Shown: positions 1 through 8,915 of the stretch, piece after piece
How the letters are laid out: each line of letters begins with the position of its first letter
How positions within the stretch are numbered: position 1 is the first letter of the stretch
IMG/VR virus record: IMGVR_UViG_3300049259_000177
Location: 1 to 64,000 of that record
Strand: one strand, 5' to 3'
Source of the DNA: a virus
DNA: 64,000 nt
The notes under the pieces: model-generated
Seen by the model: the letters and a program-made list of their open reading frames with translations, nothing else
What the model was told of the DNA's origin: nothing
Databases searched by the model: none
Translations under genes and position numbers: made by a program

Positions 1-44
1 GGGTTCTTGCGCCCGGTGACCGGGTTGGTCTTGGTGAGGTTCAC
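1..44 (-). CDS. hypothetical protein, 5' part only (MNLTKTNPVTGRKN...)
   Basis: GTG at 44 behind ACAGGAG RBS, hairpin B and a box-A promoter; runs off the window. Confidence 0.7.
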   Translation of the reverse strand, partial: MNLTKTNPVTGRKN

Positions 45-123
45 GTGAGGCTCCTGTCTTGGGCGGCGGGTCGCTCTCCCACCGATGCAAGCATCGTACA
101 CCCGCTTAGCGTCCTTGAGTCAA
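45..123 (-). promoter_or_regulatory. box-A promoter cassette 1 with leader hairpin B
   Basis: TTGACT-N19-TACGAT with CGCTAAGCGGGT in the spacer; hairpin ggtggg-AGAGCGA-cccgcc at 65-83; RBS 51-59. Confidence 0.85.
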
Positions 124-169
124 CCTCCCCGAAGATTCCGGCGCCAGTGCGGGTAGCCGATGCACGTCG

Positions 170-547
170 TCAGGAATCGACGAGAACGACCGGCCCGGCG
201 ACCTCGATCCGGGCGGTGATCGCAGGGAAGCGCTCGCGGGCGGCAGCGAGCGCAGCGTCGAAGTCGAGGTCCGCGTCGAAGATGAAGTTGGCGTTGGAGT
301 TGCCACGCTTGTCCTGGCTGTAGTCGTGCATCGCAAGCGCCGTCCAGCCGTCGCGGTGGTGCAGCAGGGCAGCCGACTGCGCGGTTGTGGACTTCGGGGG
401 CAACTGTCCGTCGATGCGCTCGAACGGCCCCGCCCGGTTGTAGCCGAAGGTGCCCGAGTCGTCCCGGTAGTCGGGCTGCTTGCCGTTGGGCAGCCACAGG
501 AAGTGGCCGAGGTGGGCGTCCCAGCACCCGAAGAACACGGCGATCAT
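170..547 (-). CDS. hypothetical protein
   Basis: MIAVFFGCWD start overlaps upstream stop (ATGA); protein-like composition. Confidence 0.75.
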   Translation of the reverse strand: MIAVFFGCWDAHLGHFLWLPNGKQPDYRDDSGTFGYNRAGPFERIDGQLPPKSTTAQSAALLHHRDGWTALAMHDYSQDKRGNSNANFIFDADLDFDAALAAARERFPAITARIEVAGPVVLVDS

Positions 548-1281
548 GTTGCGCCCCCCGGGCGCGGGTGATCGACTACCCACGCGACGCGCGCCATCTC
601 GGCTCGGACGTGCGGCTCCGTGCACGCCTCCGGGCACTTGTCGCCGCCGTACTCGCCCTGACAACGGCAGCCGCACCCGTGGCACGAGCCGTGGTCGTCG
701 GCCCGGCAGCGGAAGCAGCCGATGCAGCCGTAGAGCCCCGGCAGGCCCTCGTCCATCGCGACCAGCGCCGTCGTGTAGTCGTAGTCGGCGACGACATGCT
801 CGCCTTCCCAGCGCCACTGCGGCGGCTGGATCTGCGGCTTGCCGTCGGCGTCGCGGTGGGTATCGTGCTCGACCTCGTTCCGCGCCCGGATGCGGCTCTC
901 CTCCCGGCCGACGCGGTCGGCGAGCGCGGCGAGATCGGCGTCGGCGTCGCGGTCTTCGTCGACCGTCTCCCACAGCCTGCCGGTCTGGATCTTGATGAGC
1001 ACGTCGAGGAACGCCGCGAGCAGGTGCACCGGGCAGTAATCCCATGTCTCGGTCGGCTCGGGGCCACCCTGCACGTGTAGGCGCCACGGCGCGGAGGCCC
1101 GACAGTGCTCGGCGGTTTCGCACGTCGTCGGCTCGACGATGGCCTCGACCATGACGGTGATGTCGTCGAAATGGTCCGAGATCAGGTGCACGCGCGGATC
1201 GTCGGGGTCGTTGAGGTCTGATGCCGACGGGCACGCCGCCGCATGCTGTTCGTCGAGCGACGTGCCCGTCGGCGGGGTCAC
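544..1281 (-). CDS. hypothetical Cys-rich protein
   Basis: GTGA overlap with upstream stop; CxxC clusters near C-terminus. Confidence 0.7.
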   Translation of the reverse strand: MTPPTGTSLDEQHAAACPSASDLNDPDDPRVHLISDHFDDITVMVEAIVEPTTCETAEHCRASAPWRLHVQGGPEPTETWDYCPVHLLAAFLDVLIKIQTGRLWETVDEDRDADADLAALADRVGREESRIRARNEVEHDTHRDADGKPQIQPPQWRWEGEHVVADYDYTTALVAMDEGLPGLYGCIGCFRCRADDHGSCHGCGCRCQGEYGGDKCPEACTEPHVRAEMARVAWVVDHPRPGGAT

Positions 1282-1637
1282 GGCTGCTTCGCGGACGTCG
1301 GCGGGTGCACCTTGCCGACCTCGGTGTAGCCGAGCGGTTGCACGTTGTTGAACGCTGGGCCCGGCTCGGAGTAGATGAGCATCTGCTGGCCTTGGCCGGT
1401 CGTCCATTCGAGGTACTTGCCGGTGTTCGCGTCCTGGGCGTAGTAACGCTGGCAGTCACCGCCGGAGTAGAACGCCGCATCGACCGACGGGTCCTGGATG
1501 AGCAGGTTGCCATCACTGTCGTCGCGCACGTGCTGTGTAGGCGTGAGCGAGACGCAGTACGACACGGGCAGGCCGCGCGTCACGTAGTAGCCGACCGGAT
1601 CCCCATTGACGTTGCGCAGGTAGCTCTTGCGGCTCAT
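1278..1637 (-). CDS. hypothetical protein
   Basis: ORF track; translationally coupled. Confidence 0.7.
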   Translation of the reverse strand: MSRKSYLRNVNGDPVGYYVTRGLPVSYCVSLTPTQHVRDDSDGNLLIQDPSVDAAFYSGGDCQRYYAQDANTGKYLEWTTGQGQQMLIYSEPGPAFNNVQPLGYTEVGKVHPPTSAKQP

Positions 1638-1680
1638 CGGATGCCGTCCTCTCGTACCTTGCTCTCGGCATTCTCGACCA

Positions 1681-1893
1681 TCACATCTCCCGGTGACGCT
1701 GGCCGCGAAGGTACTGCGCGATGACCTCGCCAGTGCTCTCGTTGACGACGCGCTGAACCTGCCGAGAGGTGTGCGACATCGCCATGCCTCTACGTCGGGC
1801 GGCGTTCTTGCTCAGCCCACGCGGAGCCAAGTCGTCGTTGCGGAAACCGCCCCACGTCGGGTCGTAGCGCTCGACGCGAAACGTGTCAGCCAC
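1681..1893 (-). CDS. hypothetical protein
   Basis: ORF track; fits gene tiling. Confidence 0.6.
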   Translation of the reverse strand: MADTFRVERYDPTWGGFRNDDLAPRGLSKNAARRRGMAMSHTSRQVQRVVNESTGEVIAQYLRGQRHREM

Positions 1894-2218
1894 GGCCGGG
1901 GCTCAACTCGCGGATACGAGCGACCCCGTGCGTGCCGCCCGGCCCGAGCCGGGCATGGTTGGCGCGCAACTTCGCCGTGCACGGGGTACACGCACGTAGG
2001 GTGATCCACTCGTGGGTACCGGCCTGATAGATGACTACCTCGTAGACCTGCTGCCGTTCGCAGCCGACAAAGATCCGAGAGTGGCAGTCGCCCTCGCGGC
2101 CCTCATCACGAACTGGGCGCGGGCTCTCCGGCGTAGTGTGCGGCGGCAGTTGGTAGTCGTGGTCGAACAAGCCCGGGCCGCACGAGCCGGTGCCTTGCTG
2201 TTCGAGAACGTCTCTCAT
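1886..2218 (-). CDS. hypothetical Cys/His protein
   Basis: MRDVLEQQG start with ATGA overlap. Confidence 0.6.
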   Translation of the reverse strand: MRDVLEQQGTGSCGPGLFDHDYQLPPHTTPESPRPVRDEGREGDCHSRIFVGCERQQVYEVVIYQAGTHEWITLRACTPCTAKLRANHARLGPGGTHGVARIRELSPGRG

Positions 2219-2388
2219 CGCCCCACGACCATGCGTGCGGACTCTGGGTGCGTCTCGTACGGGGGCCACGGCAGCCGCGCCACCGCGTCGAGGCGGAGCG
2301 ACGGTGACATCACCTCGCCGTAGACCTCCACCTCCATCCGGGCGGACCGGAGCAGGCAGCGCACCCAGTCCTGGGTCGTCCGCCTCAT
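2215..2388 (-). CDS. small hypothetical protein (57 aa, MRRTTQDW)
   Basis: read by eye; ATGA overlaps at both ends. Confidence 0.55.
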   Translation of the reverse strand: MRRTTQDWVRCLLRSARMEVEVYGEVMSPSLRLDAVARLPWPPYETHPESARMVVGR

Positions 2389-2894
2389 GACTGCTCGGTC
2401 TCAGCGGGCGGTGGCTGTCCGGTGCGCTCCTGTTTGGTGACGAGGCGCCGAACCGCGCGCCCGAGGATCTCGTCGTCGACGTTGAGCGGCTCGCCGTCAC
2501 TGCGGGCTTTGGTTCGGGCTTCGGCTTCACGCAGATGGTCGTAATCGTTCATGACGAACGGCCCGTCGGCGTAGCCGAGCGCGGCGAGCAGTGGTCGCAA
2601 GGCCCGCCACCCACCGACCGGCACGTGCTGCATCCGACAGAAGTCGTGGACGCCGAACATCCGATCGAGTGGAAGCACGCAGTGCCCGAGGTTCGGGAAG
2701 ATCAGCCACCGGCGCCCCCGGTGCTCGGCGATGACAGTCACGTAGCGGGTGCCGTCCCCGGGTGCGTAGACGACTTCGCGGTTGCCCTCGCGCAGTCCGT
2801 ACGCGGCGAGTACCGGGTCGGCGACCTCATGCGCCCAGTCGGTCAGCCACGCACGTTCGGCAAGAGAGCCTGGCGGGAACGGCGTCGGAGTCAT
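2385..2894 (-). CDS. hypothetical protein
   Basis: coupled ORF. Confidence 0.75.
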   Translation of the reverse strand: MTPTPFPPGSLAERAWLTDWAHEVADPVLAAYGLREGNREVVYAPGDGTRYVTVIAEHRGRRWLIFPNLGHCVLPLDRMFGVHDFCRMQHVPVGGWRALRPLLAALGYADGPFVMNDYDHLREAEARTKARSDGEPLNVDDEILGRAVRRLVTKQERTGQPPPAETEQS

Positions 2895-3274
2895 GCGGGC
2901 GGTCCTTGCTCGCCGCCTGGCACGGAGCGCACACCAGACGCCTTCCGGGCGGGCTCAGAAGGCTCCGTTGACTGCCCGGCGAGTTCTTCGGCCACGGTCG
3001 CCGCGCCGATCGGCACGACACCGTCCGGGGTGATCTCGTGGCTGGCGCGGTCCTCGACCGGCAGGCCGAGGGAGAGTCTCTGCATGGCGGCTTCGGCGTC
3101 GAACATGAGCGCCCGCAGGACGCTCGCTTCCTCGGCGGTGGTGAACGACGCGTCGACGGTCACCCGGTGGCGGCTTGCCGTGACGGCGGCGGCGCGGTTC
3201 TTCGCGGCACGCTCGCTCGTGTACCAGCGCACGACGGTGCCGTCGGAGATGGTCGGGGTGACAGTGACGATCAT
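2891..3274 (-). CDS. hypothetical protein
   Basis: coupled ORF with AAAGGA RBS. Confidence 0.75.
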   Translation of the reverse strand: MIVTVTPTISDGTVVRWYTSERAAKNRAAAVTASRHRVTVDASFTTAEEASVLRALMFDAEAAMQRLSLGLPVEDRASHEITPDGVVPIGAATVAEELAGQSTEPSEPARKASGVRSVPGGEQGPPA

Positions 3275-3456
3275 CCTTTGATGACCTCCCAGCCTCCGCA
3301 GCGATTGCCGTTGACGTCCATGAGCACCGCGCGGGTGCCGACGACCGCGCCAGCGGCGTCGACCTGCTCGGCGGCTTCGCGGAGCAGGCGCGCGGTTTCG
3401 GCGGCCGGGTCGTCGAACGCGGCACCGGACATCTTGAGAGACAGGACGAACTGCAT
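3271..3456 (-). CDS. small hypothetical protein
   Basis: coupled ORF ending in a DxNGNxxG motif. Confidence 0.75.
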   Translation of the reverse strand: MQFVLSLKMSGAAFDDPAAETARLLREAAEQVDAAGAVVGTRAVLMDVNGNRCGGWEVIKG

Positions 3457-3480
3457 GATGGCTCCGAAGCGTAGGGCCGG

Positions 3481-4158
3481 TCAGCGACCGCTTGGCGCGT
3501 CAGCCGTCGACGAGTCGCGGATCTCTAGCAGGCGGTGCAGGGCGACAATCGGCGCCGTGTCCAGTGGCAGGTCGATCGCGTGCATGGTGAACCCGTCCTC
3601 GCCGGGCTCCCAGGAGATCTCGTGCCCGCACGGGGCGAACCGGGCGGTGGTGCGGACCGGCTCCTGCTTGGCGATCGTGCCGGGCACTTCGAGGATCGGG
3701 CCGCCCGGCCAGGCAGGCGCGGTCTCGACGACGTCGCGGTACTCGGTGTCGATCTGCCAGGACTCGACGAGTCGCTCGCAGTCGTCGGCCGGGCACAGCG
3801 CGTAGGTACGGGTGAGGCCAAGCGCCCTGCTCGCGCGCTCAACCGCTGCCTTCGCGGCCGGGTCCTCGGCAATGACGCGGTCGGCGATCCGGTTGACGCC
3901 GTGCCAGACCGACGTGTGGTGCATCCCGAACACACGGCCCAACGCGGGCAGTGACAGGTTCGTGCGGACTCGGCACAGGTACATCGCGACGTGCCGAGCC
4001 CATACGAGGCCAGCCATCCGTCGGTCGCCGGTGATGTCGGCCGGGGTGAAGCCGAAGGTCTCGGCGGTCACTTGGATGATGCGCTCGGCCTGGATCTCCC
4101 CGGCGGTGGCCTCGGGCTCGGCGGGTGTGCAGCAGCCGTCGCCGGTGTGCTCATGCAC
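3481..4158 (-). CDS. DnaA C-terminal (domain IV) HTH protein with extra C-terminal domain
   Basis: IIQVTAETFGFTPADITGDRR-x4-VWARHVAMYL-x5-LSLPALGRVFG-x-HHTSVWHGVNRI matches the DnaA domain IV pattern; no AAA+ domain. Confidence 0.85.
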   Translation of the reverse strand: MHEHTGDGCCTPAEPEATAGEIQAERIIQVTAETFGFTPADITGDRRMAGLVWARHVAMYLCRVRTNLSLPALGRVFGMHHTSVWHGVNRIADRVIAEDPAAKAAVERASRALGLTRTYALCPADDCERLVESWQIDTEYRDVVETAPAWPGGPILEVPGTIAKQEPVRTTARFAPCGHEISWEPGEDGFTMHAIDLPLDTAPIVALHRLLEIRDSSTADAPSGR

Positions 4159-4435
4159 CGGATTGCTCGCGTTCCTGCCACTCACGCATCCTGCCTTCCG
4201 GTCCGAGTTCGTAGAGCCGCTTGCACTCGGGACAGACCGGGAACTGCTTGGGATCACGGGTCGGCACCCACACTTTGCCGCAGAGCGCGACGACGGGCTC
4301 GCCGGTCAGCGCGGACTCGGTGGCTTTGCTCTTGTCGACGTAGTGCGCGAACCGTTCGTGGTCGCCGTCGTCGAGTCGGTAGTCGGGCTTGCCGGTGGTG
4401 GTCGTGCCGTGCTCGGTCAGGGTCTCCGTTGTCAT
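4151..4435 (-). CDS. DUF3039-family protein
   Basis: GDHERFAHYV...ESALTGEPVVALCGKVWVP.RDP..FPVCPECK, a conserved actinobacterial family. Confidence 0.85.
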   Translation of the reverse strand: MTTETLTEHGTTTTGKPDYRLDDGDHERFAHYVDKSKATESALTGEPVVALCGKVWVPTRDPKQFPVCPECKRLYELGPEGRMREWQEREQSGA

Positions 4436-4893
4436 GGGCGCATCACGTCCAGTGCCATGAGGCGGGCCGTAAGGCCCTCCCACTCGTCGAGGGTGGCGGC
4501 CAGCAGTCCCAGTCCGCCGGACACGTGCTGGAACCCGGCCTCGTGCAACTTCGCGCGCACAGTCTCCCATCGTTGCTCCCGCGCCGCCTGCTCATCGCGC
4601 TTCTCCTGCGCGGCTACACATGCCTGCGCATAGGTCGCCGGGGTGTAGAGCCGCGACGGGCTCCCGACCCTGACGATCTCGCCATCGGTGACGAGCCGCT
4701 GGATCGCGCGGGTCACCCGACCTTGGAAGGTGCGGCCGGGATGGTAGGGGCCGGTGTATCCCAGTTGCGCCATGACGCGGCGTTCGACGTCGGCCGAGTG
4801 GACATGACCGCGCTCGGCGATCGTGTCGGTCAGGCACAGCCGGGCAGCGTCGAGCACGTTCTCCCACGGCTCGTCATAGAGCGGGTGCGTCAC
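4432..4893 (-). CDS. hypothetical protein, possible winged helix
   Basis: VTRAIQRLVTDGEIVRVG resembles a wHTH wing. Confidence 0.65.
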   Translation of the reverse strand: MTHPLYDEPWENVLDAARLCLTDTIAERGHVHSADVERRVMAQLGYTGPYHPGRTFQGRVTRAIQRLVTDGEIVRVGSPSRLYTPATYAQACVAAQEKRDEQAAREQRWETVRAKLHEAGFQHVSGGLGLLAATLDEWEGLTARLMALDVMRP

Positions 4894-5252
4894 GACTCGT
4901 CCATCCCTCGCACCCAGCCGATCACGTCGGGCCAGCGCTTCGACGGGATCGCGTTGTCGATCCCTGCGATGCGACCAGCCTCGTGCATGTTGTGCCGCTT
5001 GGCACTGAGGTTGCGCTGGGCAGCCCGAAGCGCCTCGATGGCCTCGGCGACACCTGCCTCGGCCTCACGGAAGTCACGCACGGCGGTGACGAGCGGGCCC
5101 GTCGTGGCGACCGTCGGTTTGTCACCAACCGTCCAGCCCTTCGGGTAGGTCGCCCCGCAGTTGTTGACCGCGCAGTAGCGCTCGGGGATCGAGCCGTCGG
5201 CGATCGGCGCGTCGAACCACCGGTGAATGTGCCGGTCCGTGGTGGCGGTCAT
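4890..5252 (-). CDS. hypothetical protein
   Basis: coupled ORF; N-terminal H-H-C-C motif. Confidence 0.7.
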   Translation of the reverse strand: MTATTDRHIHRWFDAPIADGSIPERYCAVNNCGATYPKGWTVGDKPTVATTGPLVTAVRDFREAEAGVAEAIEALRAAQRNLSAKRHNMHEAGRIAGIDNAIPSKRWPDVIGWVRGMDES

Positions 5253-5458
5253 GTCGTTGCTCCTGCTCGCTCCTGCTCCCGCCGAGTGGCGAGGTCGTCG
5301 TAGAAGTCGGCGCGGTTGTGCTCTTGCGCCGCTATCTCCTCGTGCCGCCGTGCATCCTCGCGCGCACTCTTCGCCATCTTGCGCAGGACAGCGGGCGGAG
5401 CCGGGTGCGGGAATCTCGCCTCGGCGCGAAAGTAGGGCGGTGCCGGGTCGTACGTCAC
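5249..5458 (-). CDS. hypothetical protein
   Basis: GTGA overlap start. Confidence 0.6.
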   Translation of the reverse strand: MTYDPAPPYFRAEARFPHPAPPAVLRKMAKSAREDARRHEEIAAQEHNRADFYDDLATRREQERAGATT

Positions 5459-5673
5459 AGCCACATCACAGCCAATAGTTGGTCGACCTCGGCTCCGAGC
5501 CGGTGGACGATGCCCATGACGTCCTCGCCGGTGCGAGCGGCAAGCCAGATCGCCATGCCGTACGCGACGTCGAAGCCGGCGCGCTCGACGCGGGTCGTTG
5601 CGTGCTTGCGGTCGGTGACGAGTTGGCGCATGAGCCGCGCCTCGACGTCGGGCACTTGCAGGGCGTGGCTCAC
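5455..5673 (-). CDS. hypothetical protein
   Basis: coupled ORF. Confidence 0.65.
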   Translation of the reverse strand: MSHALQVPDVEARLMRQLVTDRKHATTRVERAGFDVAYGMAIWLAARTGEDVMGIVHRLGAEVDQLLAVMWL

Positions 5674-5895
5674 TTCGGTTCCCCCGTCGTCCAGTCGCGG
5701 CCGGTACGGGCCTCGTAGCGCTCCTCAACCTCGTCGAGTACCTGCCAGGCGATCCAGGCGAGCACGGACCCGGCGGTCAGGATGCCCAGCGCGGCGATCA
5801 TGTCTCCTCACAGTCATGGCCGTAGGCCCACTCGTTCGGGTCGTCGTCGGTCGTCCATTCGCGCTTGCACTCCGGGCAGCGGTAAGCAACGGTCG

Positions 5896-6219
5896 TCATG
5901 CGGGACTCCTGTCCCTGACTGGGTCAGCGCGGTGACCACAGTCCTCCGCCGGACCGTTGCAGGTTGCGCAGGTCGACTGTCGCAGGTAGACCCCGTTGAC
6001 CTCGATGAGTTCCACCCAGCGTTCGGTCGCCAGTCCCGCGTCATGCACCATCGGCCAGCGATCGCTGTCCAGCGTCACCGAGCCGGGCAGGTGGCCGCTG
6101 GCGAAGATCGCCGGGATCTCCCCGGCGCGCAGCAAGTGCAGCGGCTCGCTGATCGTCGTGTAGGACGTCCAGCGACGACTGCCGCGACGGCGGACCTCGA
6201 AGGGGCGGCGCGTGCTCAT
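5896..6219 (-). CDS. hypothetical protein
   Basis: MSTRRPFEV start with ATGA overlap. Confidence 0.65.
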   Translation of the reverse strand: MSTRRPFEVRRRGSRRWTSYTTISEPLHLLRAGEIPAIFASGHLPGSVTLDSDRWPMVHDAGLATERWVELIEVNGVYLRQSTCATCNGPAEDCGHRADPVRDRSPA

Positions 6220-6617
6220 CGCCCCATCGCCTCCGTCACGGTCTTCGCCGTCCAGAAACAGTCGCGTTCGACGACCCACTGCAATGTTCCGGTGCCGACG
6301 AGGCCCTGGGTGTTACCGGTCGGCGTGTACGAGCCGGACGGCCGGACCTCCTCCAACTCGGGCAGGAAGATCGAGCCCCACTCGCCGTCCGGGCACATCG
6401 GCGAGCGGACGATACCGAACGCCATGCCGGTCTCCCAGTCGGCTTCGGTGATCCACCAGTCGAAGCCGCCGACGAAGTAGTGCACGTGCACCGCCTGGCC
6501 GAATGGATCGTCGCTGTCGGCGGTCGAGTGCAGCGCTGGCACCTTCGTGCGGACGTCTTTCGGCGGGTAGAAGTTGTGGCCGCGCGTGCGGCGCTGGGTC
6601 TCGGCTGGCAGCGTCAT
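6216..6617 (-). CDS. DUF2958-like protein
   Basis: YF...DWWITE......AFG.V.....EWGSI.L.ELE...VERD.FW pattern. Confidence 0.75.
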   Translation of the reverse strand: MTLPAETQRRTRGHNFYPPKDVRTKVPALHSTADSDDPFGQAVHVHYFVGGFDWWITEADWETGMAFGIVRSPMCPDGEWGSIFLPELEEVRPSGSYTPTGNTQGLVGTGTLQWVVERDCFWTAKTVTEAMGR

Positions 6618-6850
6618 GACGCGCGCTCCACCTTGGCGCGTAGCGTGCTGCCGTCGGTGCCGTGCCACACGCGGGTGTAGACGTCGCCTTCGCGATGTGG
6701 CTGGGCGCCGTGGAAGATGATGCCAGCGGTGCGGGCGGCTTCGCGGACGACGGCTTCGCTCGCTCGGATACCGGCGTTGAACACGCGCCGGGTCTCCTCG
6801 TGGACGGGCATGGGCTCATCATCGGCGGTGACGGTGACAAGAATGCTCAT
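6614..6850 (-). CDS. hypothetical protein, first gene of box-A operon 2
   Basis: ATG 6850 after ACAGGAG. Confidence 0.75.
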   Translation of the reverse strand: MSILVTVTADDEPMPVHEETRRVFNAGIRASEAVVREAARTAGIIFHGAQPHREGDVYTRVWHGTDGSTLRAKVERAS

Positions 6851-6926
6851 GGTCAGTGCTCCTGTCTGCGCGGGTCGCTCTCCCGCGTCCGGCTCATCGT
6901 ACACCCGCTTAGCATGGTCCCGTCAA
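6851..6926 (-). promoter_or_regulatory. box-A promoter cassette 2 with hairpin B
   Basis: TTGACG-N19-TACGAT, GCTAAGCGGGT; hairpin cgcggg-AGAGCGA-cccgcg at 6869-6887. Confidence 0.85.
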
Positions 6927-7285
6927 GGAAGCGCCCAAACAGCCGGGCCGCGCGTCGCGACCAGCCAGACGCCCCGCTTGTAGATCCGGTCATAGACCCG
7001 CCACTCGTAGTAACGGCAGCCGTCTAGTGGCCCCCAGGGGCGCTGGCGGTGGATCTTGTGACCTTCGCCCAGGCTGACCTGCCATAGATCCCAGGCGGGC
7101 ACGTCCGGGTGCAGTGCGCCGGACAACTGCCACGCCCAGTGCGGGTTCTCCGCCAGGCAAACGTAGGGCGCCCGCCAGCCAGGCGAGGAGACCGTCGGCG
7201 CCCGGCCGGGGACGAGCCCGAGGCGCTCGATCGAGGCGCGACGCGACGTCGGCGACCAGTGGTAGAGCGGCGGGTGTGGTCTCAC
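6923..7285 (-). CDS. putative ADP-ribosyltransferase-fold protein (Tpt1/KptA-like)
   Basis: LYHWS...SIERLGLVP...YVCLA...YEW spacing. Confidence 0.55.
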   Translation of the reverse strand: MRPHPPLYHWSPTSRRASIERLGLVPGRAPTVSSPGWRAPYVCLAENPHWAWQLSGALHPDVPAWDLWQVSLGEGHKIHRQRPWGPLDGCRYYEWRVYDRIYKRGVWLVATRGPAVWALP

Positions 7286-7491
7286 CGAGGCGCCGCCAGG
7301 CAGACGAGGACCCGACCGGTGCCCTTGCACGGCGTGCACTGCCGCCGCTTGAGCGCCACGAGAGCGTCGGCGGGCCAGCGCCACCACGGCGCGCGCATCC
7401 GGCGCAGGTGGCGCACTCCGACGATCTGGAACCAGCCTTTGCCCTGGCAGTCCTCGCATGACAACGTCCAGTAGCCGTCGACGACCTTCAC
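7282..7491 (-). CDS. small zinc-finger protein (CxxCxGxG x2)
   Basis: CEDCQGKG and CTPCKGTG. Confidence 0.6.
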   Translation of the reverse strand: MKVVDGYWTLSCEDCQGKGWFQIVGVRHLRRMRAPWWRWPADALVALKRRQCTPCKGTGRVLVCLAAPR

Positions 7492-7649
7492 CGCAGCAGT
7501 GTCAGCACGACGGCCGTCGCGGCGGTCAGCGCGAGAACCTGCACCGATTGCCGGTTGTCCCGGGTGACCCACGCGACGCGGGCGAGCACGAGCAGGAGGA
7601 TCGTGCACGCGAGCCATGCCCTCACGACGTCATCGCCTGGTCACGTTGC

Positions 7650-7937
7650 TCAGCCGCCGCCTTCCCGGCACAGTTTCAGCACGGCGAGGACCTGCTCGCG
7701 GCGGACACGCACGTGGCAGGTCCGCCACCGACCGGACGCCGGGTCGACGATCTCGCCCTCGATCCAGACCTCGCCGCGCATCCCAACGTCGAACATGAGG
7801 GTCTCGCGCACCTCGTCGGGGACGCGGCCGGTGCCGAAGATCGCCTTGATCCACTCCGGCGCGGTCTCGCGCTCGGCCTGGTCGACCTCGATCCGGGTGA
7901 TCGAGCGGCCCATGCTCGTGCGGGGCTCGACGATCAT
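7650..7937 (-). CDS. hypothetical protein
   Basis: MIVEPRTS start with overlap. Confidence 0.65.
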   Translation of the reverse strand: MIVEPRTSMGRSITRIEVDQAERETAPEWIKAIFGTGRVPDEVRETLMFDVGMRGEVWIEGEIVDPASGRWRTCHVRVRREQVLAVLKLCREGGG

Positions 7938-8443
7938 CGGGTGCCCGCCTCCCCGGCTGCGAACCGGCCGATCGCAGCGCGCTGGCTGTAGCGCGGGTCG
8001 GCCTCGGCGATCGCGCAGCGCTTCGCGTGCTCGGCGAGCGAGCGGCGGTCCCACGGGCCGTAGGAGTCGTTGCGGGCGGCCACCTCGAACGCGATGTCGG
8101 AGCGGTAGCGCTTGAACGTCTCAGCGGCGTAGAGCCGCTCGAACTCGCGCCGCTCCCAGGCCTGGCGGATGACCGGGTCGCAGCAGATGACGCCGTCACT
8201 GCCCTCGATCTCGACCCACGCGTGCGGGTTGACCGGCGGCAGCGGGAGCCCGTGCATCTCCGGCCAGTGGCGCATGCCCTCGGCCCGATCCGGGTGCAAC
8301 AGGCCGTGCACGAGGAACATGCGGCGGCCGAACCGGTCGAGGTTGTACAGCACGAACTCCATCGCGAGGGTGTAGCACTGCCCGGCGCGCTCGGCGAGAT
8401 CCTCCGAGCCCGGCCACATCGCGAGCACCGTCGGCGGCGTCAC
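7934..8443 (-). CDS. transglutaminase-like (papain fold) protein
   Basis: GQCY...LVHG...HAWVE...DP gives a Cys-His-Asp triad. Confidence 0.6.
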   Translation of the reverse strand: MTPPTVLAMWPGSEDLAERAGQCYTLAMEFVLYNLDRFGRRMFLVHGLLHPDRAEGMRHWPEMHGLPLPPVNPHAWVEIEGSDGVICCDPVIRQAWERREFERLYAAETFKRYRSDIAFEVAARNDSYGPWDRRSLAEHAKRCAIAEADPRYSQRAAIGRFAAGEAGTR

Positions 8444-8643
8444 AGTGGGACCAACTCGGAGACGACGACGGTTGTTGTGATGCGGTGATCGAGCAATGGA
8501 GCGTAGACGGCGACGTCCTCGCTGACGGCGAACGTGCGCGCCTTGTCTTCGACAGTGAACCGGCGCGAGCGCTCGGGCGCGTCCGGCGGGAACCACACAA
8601 CGACCCATTCCTCGACGGTCGTCACGGCCTCGTCGGGGGTCAT
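8440..8643 (-). CDS. hypothetical protein
   Basis: coupled ORF. Confidence 0.65.
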   Translation of the reverse strand: MTPDEAVTTVEEWVVVWFPPDAPERSRRFTVEDKARTFAVSEDVAVYAPLLDHRITTTVVVSELVPL

Positions 8644-8915
8644 TGCGCTACCTCGACAAGCACTGGTGTCTCACAGGCGCCATCGGTGCCGACCTTGACG
8701 GTGAAGGCGCGCAGCGCTGCCCACCCGAGCGGCTCGTGGCGGGTCAGTCGCTTGTGCATGCGAAGCGCGCAGTTCGCGGCGGTCGCCTGACTGCGATGCG
8801 TATGTCCGCAGATCTCGCCGGGGAGCGCAACGACGGTCGTCGGGGTCACGGCGGCGGCAAAGTAGGCGCGACCCATGCCGGTGACGGTCGGCTTCTCGAT
8901 CATGACGACGGCCAC
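8640..8915 (-). CDS. hypothetical protein (CGHxHRS..A..C motif)
   Basis: coupled ORF. Confidence 0.65.
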   Translation of the reverse strand: MAVVMIEKPTVTGMGRAYFAAAVTPTTVVALPGEICGHTHRSQATAANCALRMHKRLTRHEPLGWAALRAFTVKVGTDGACETPVLVEVAQ

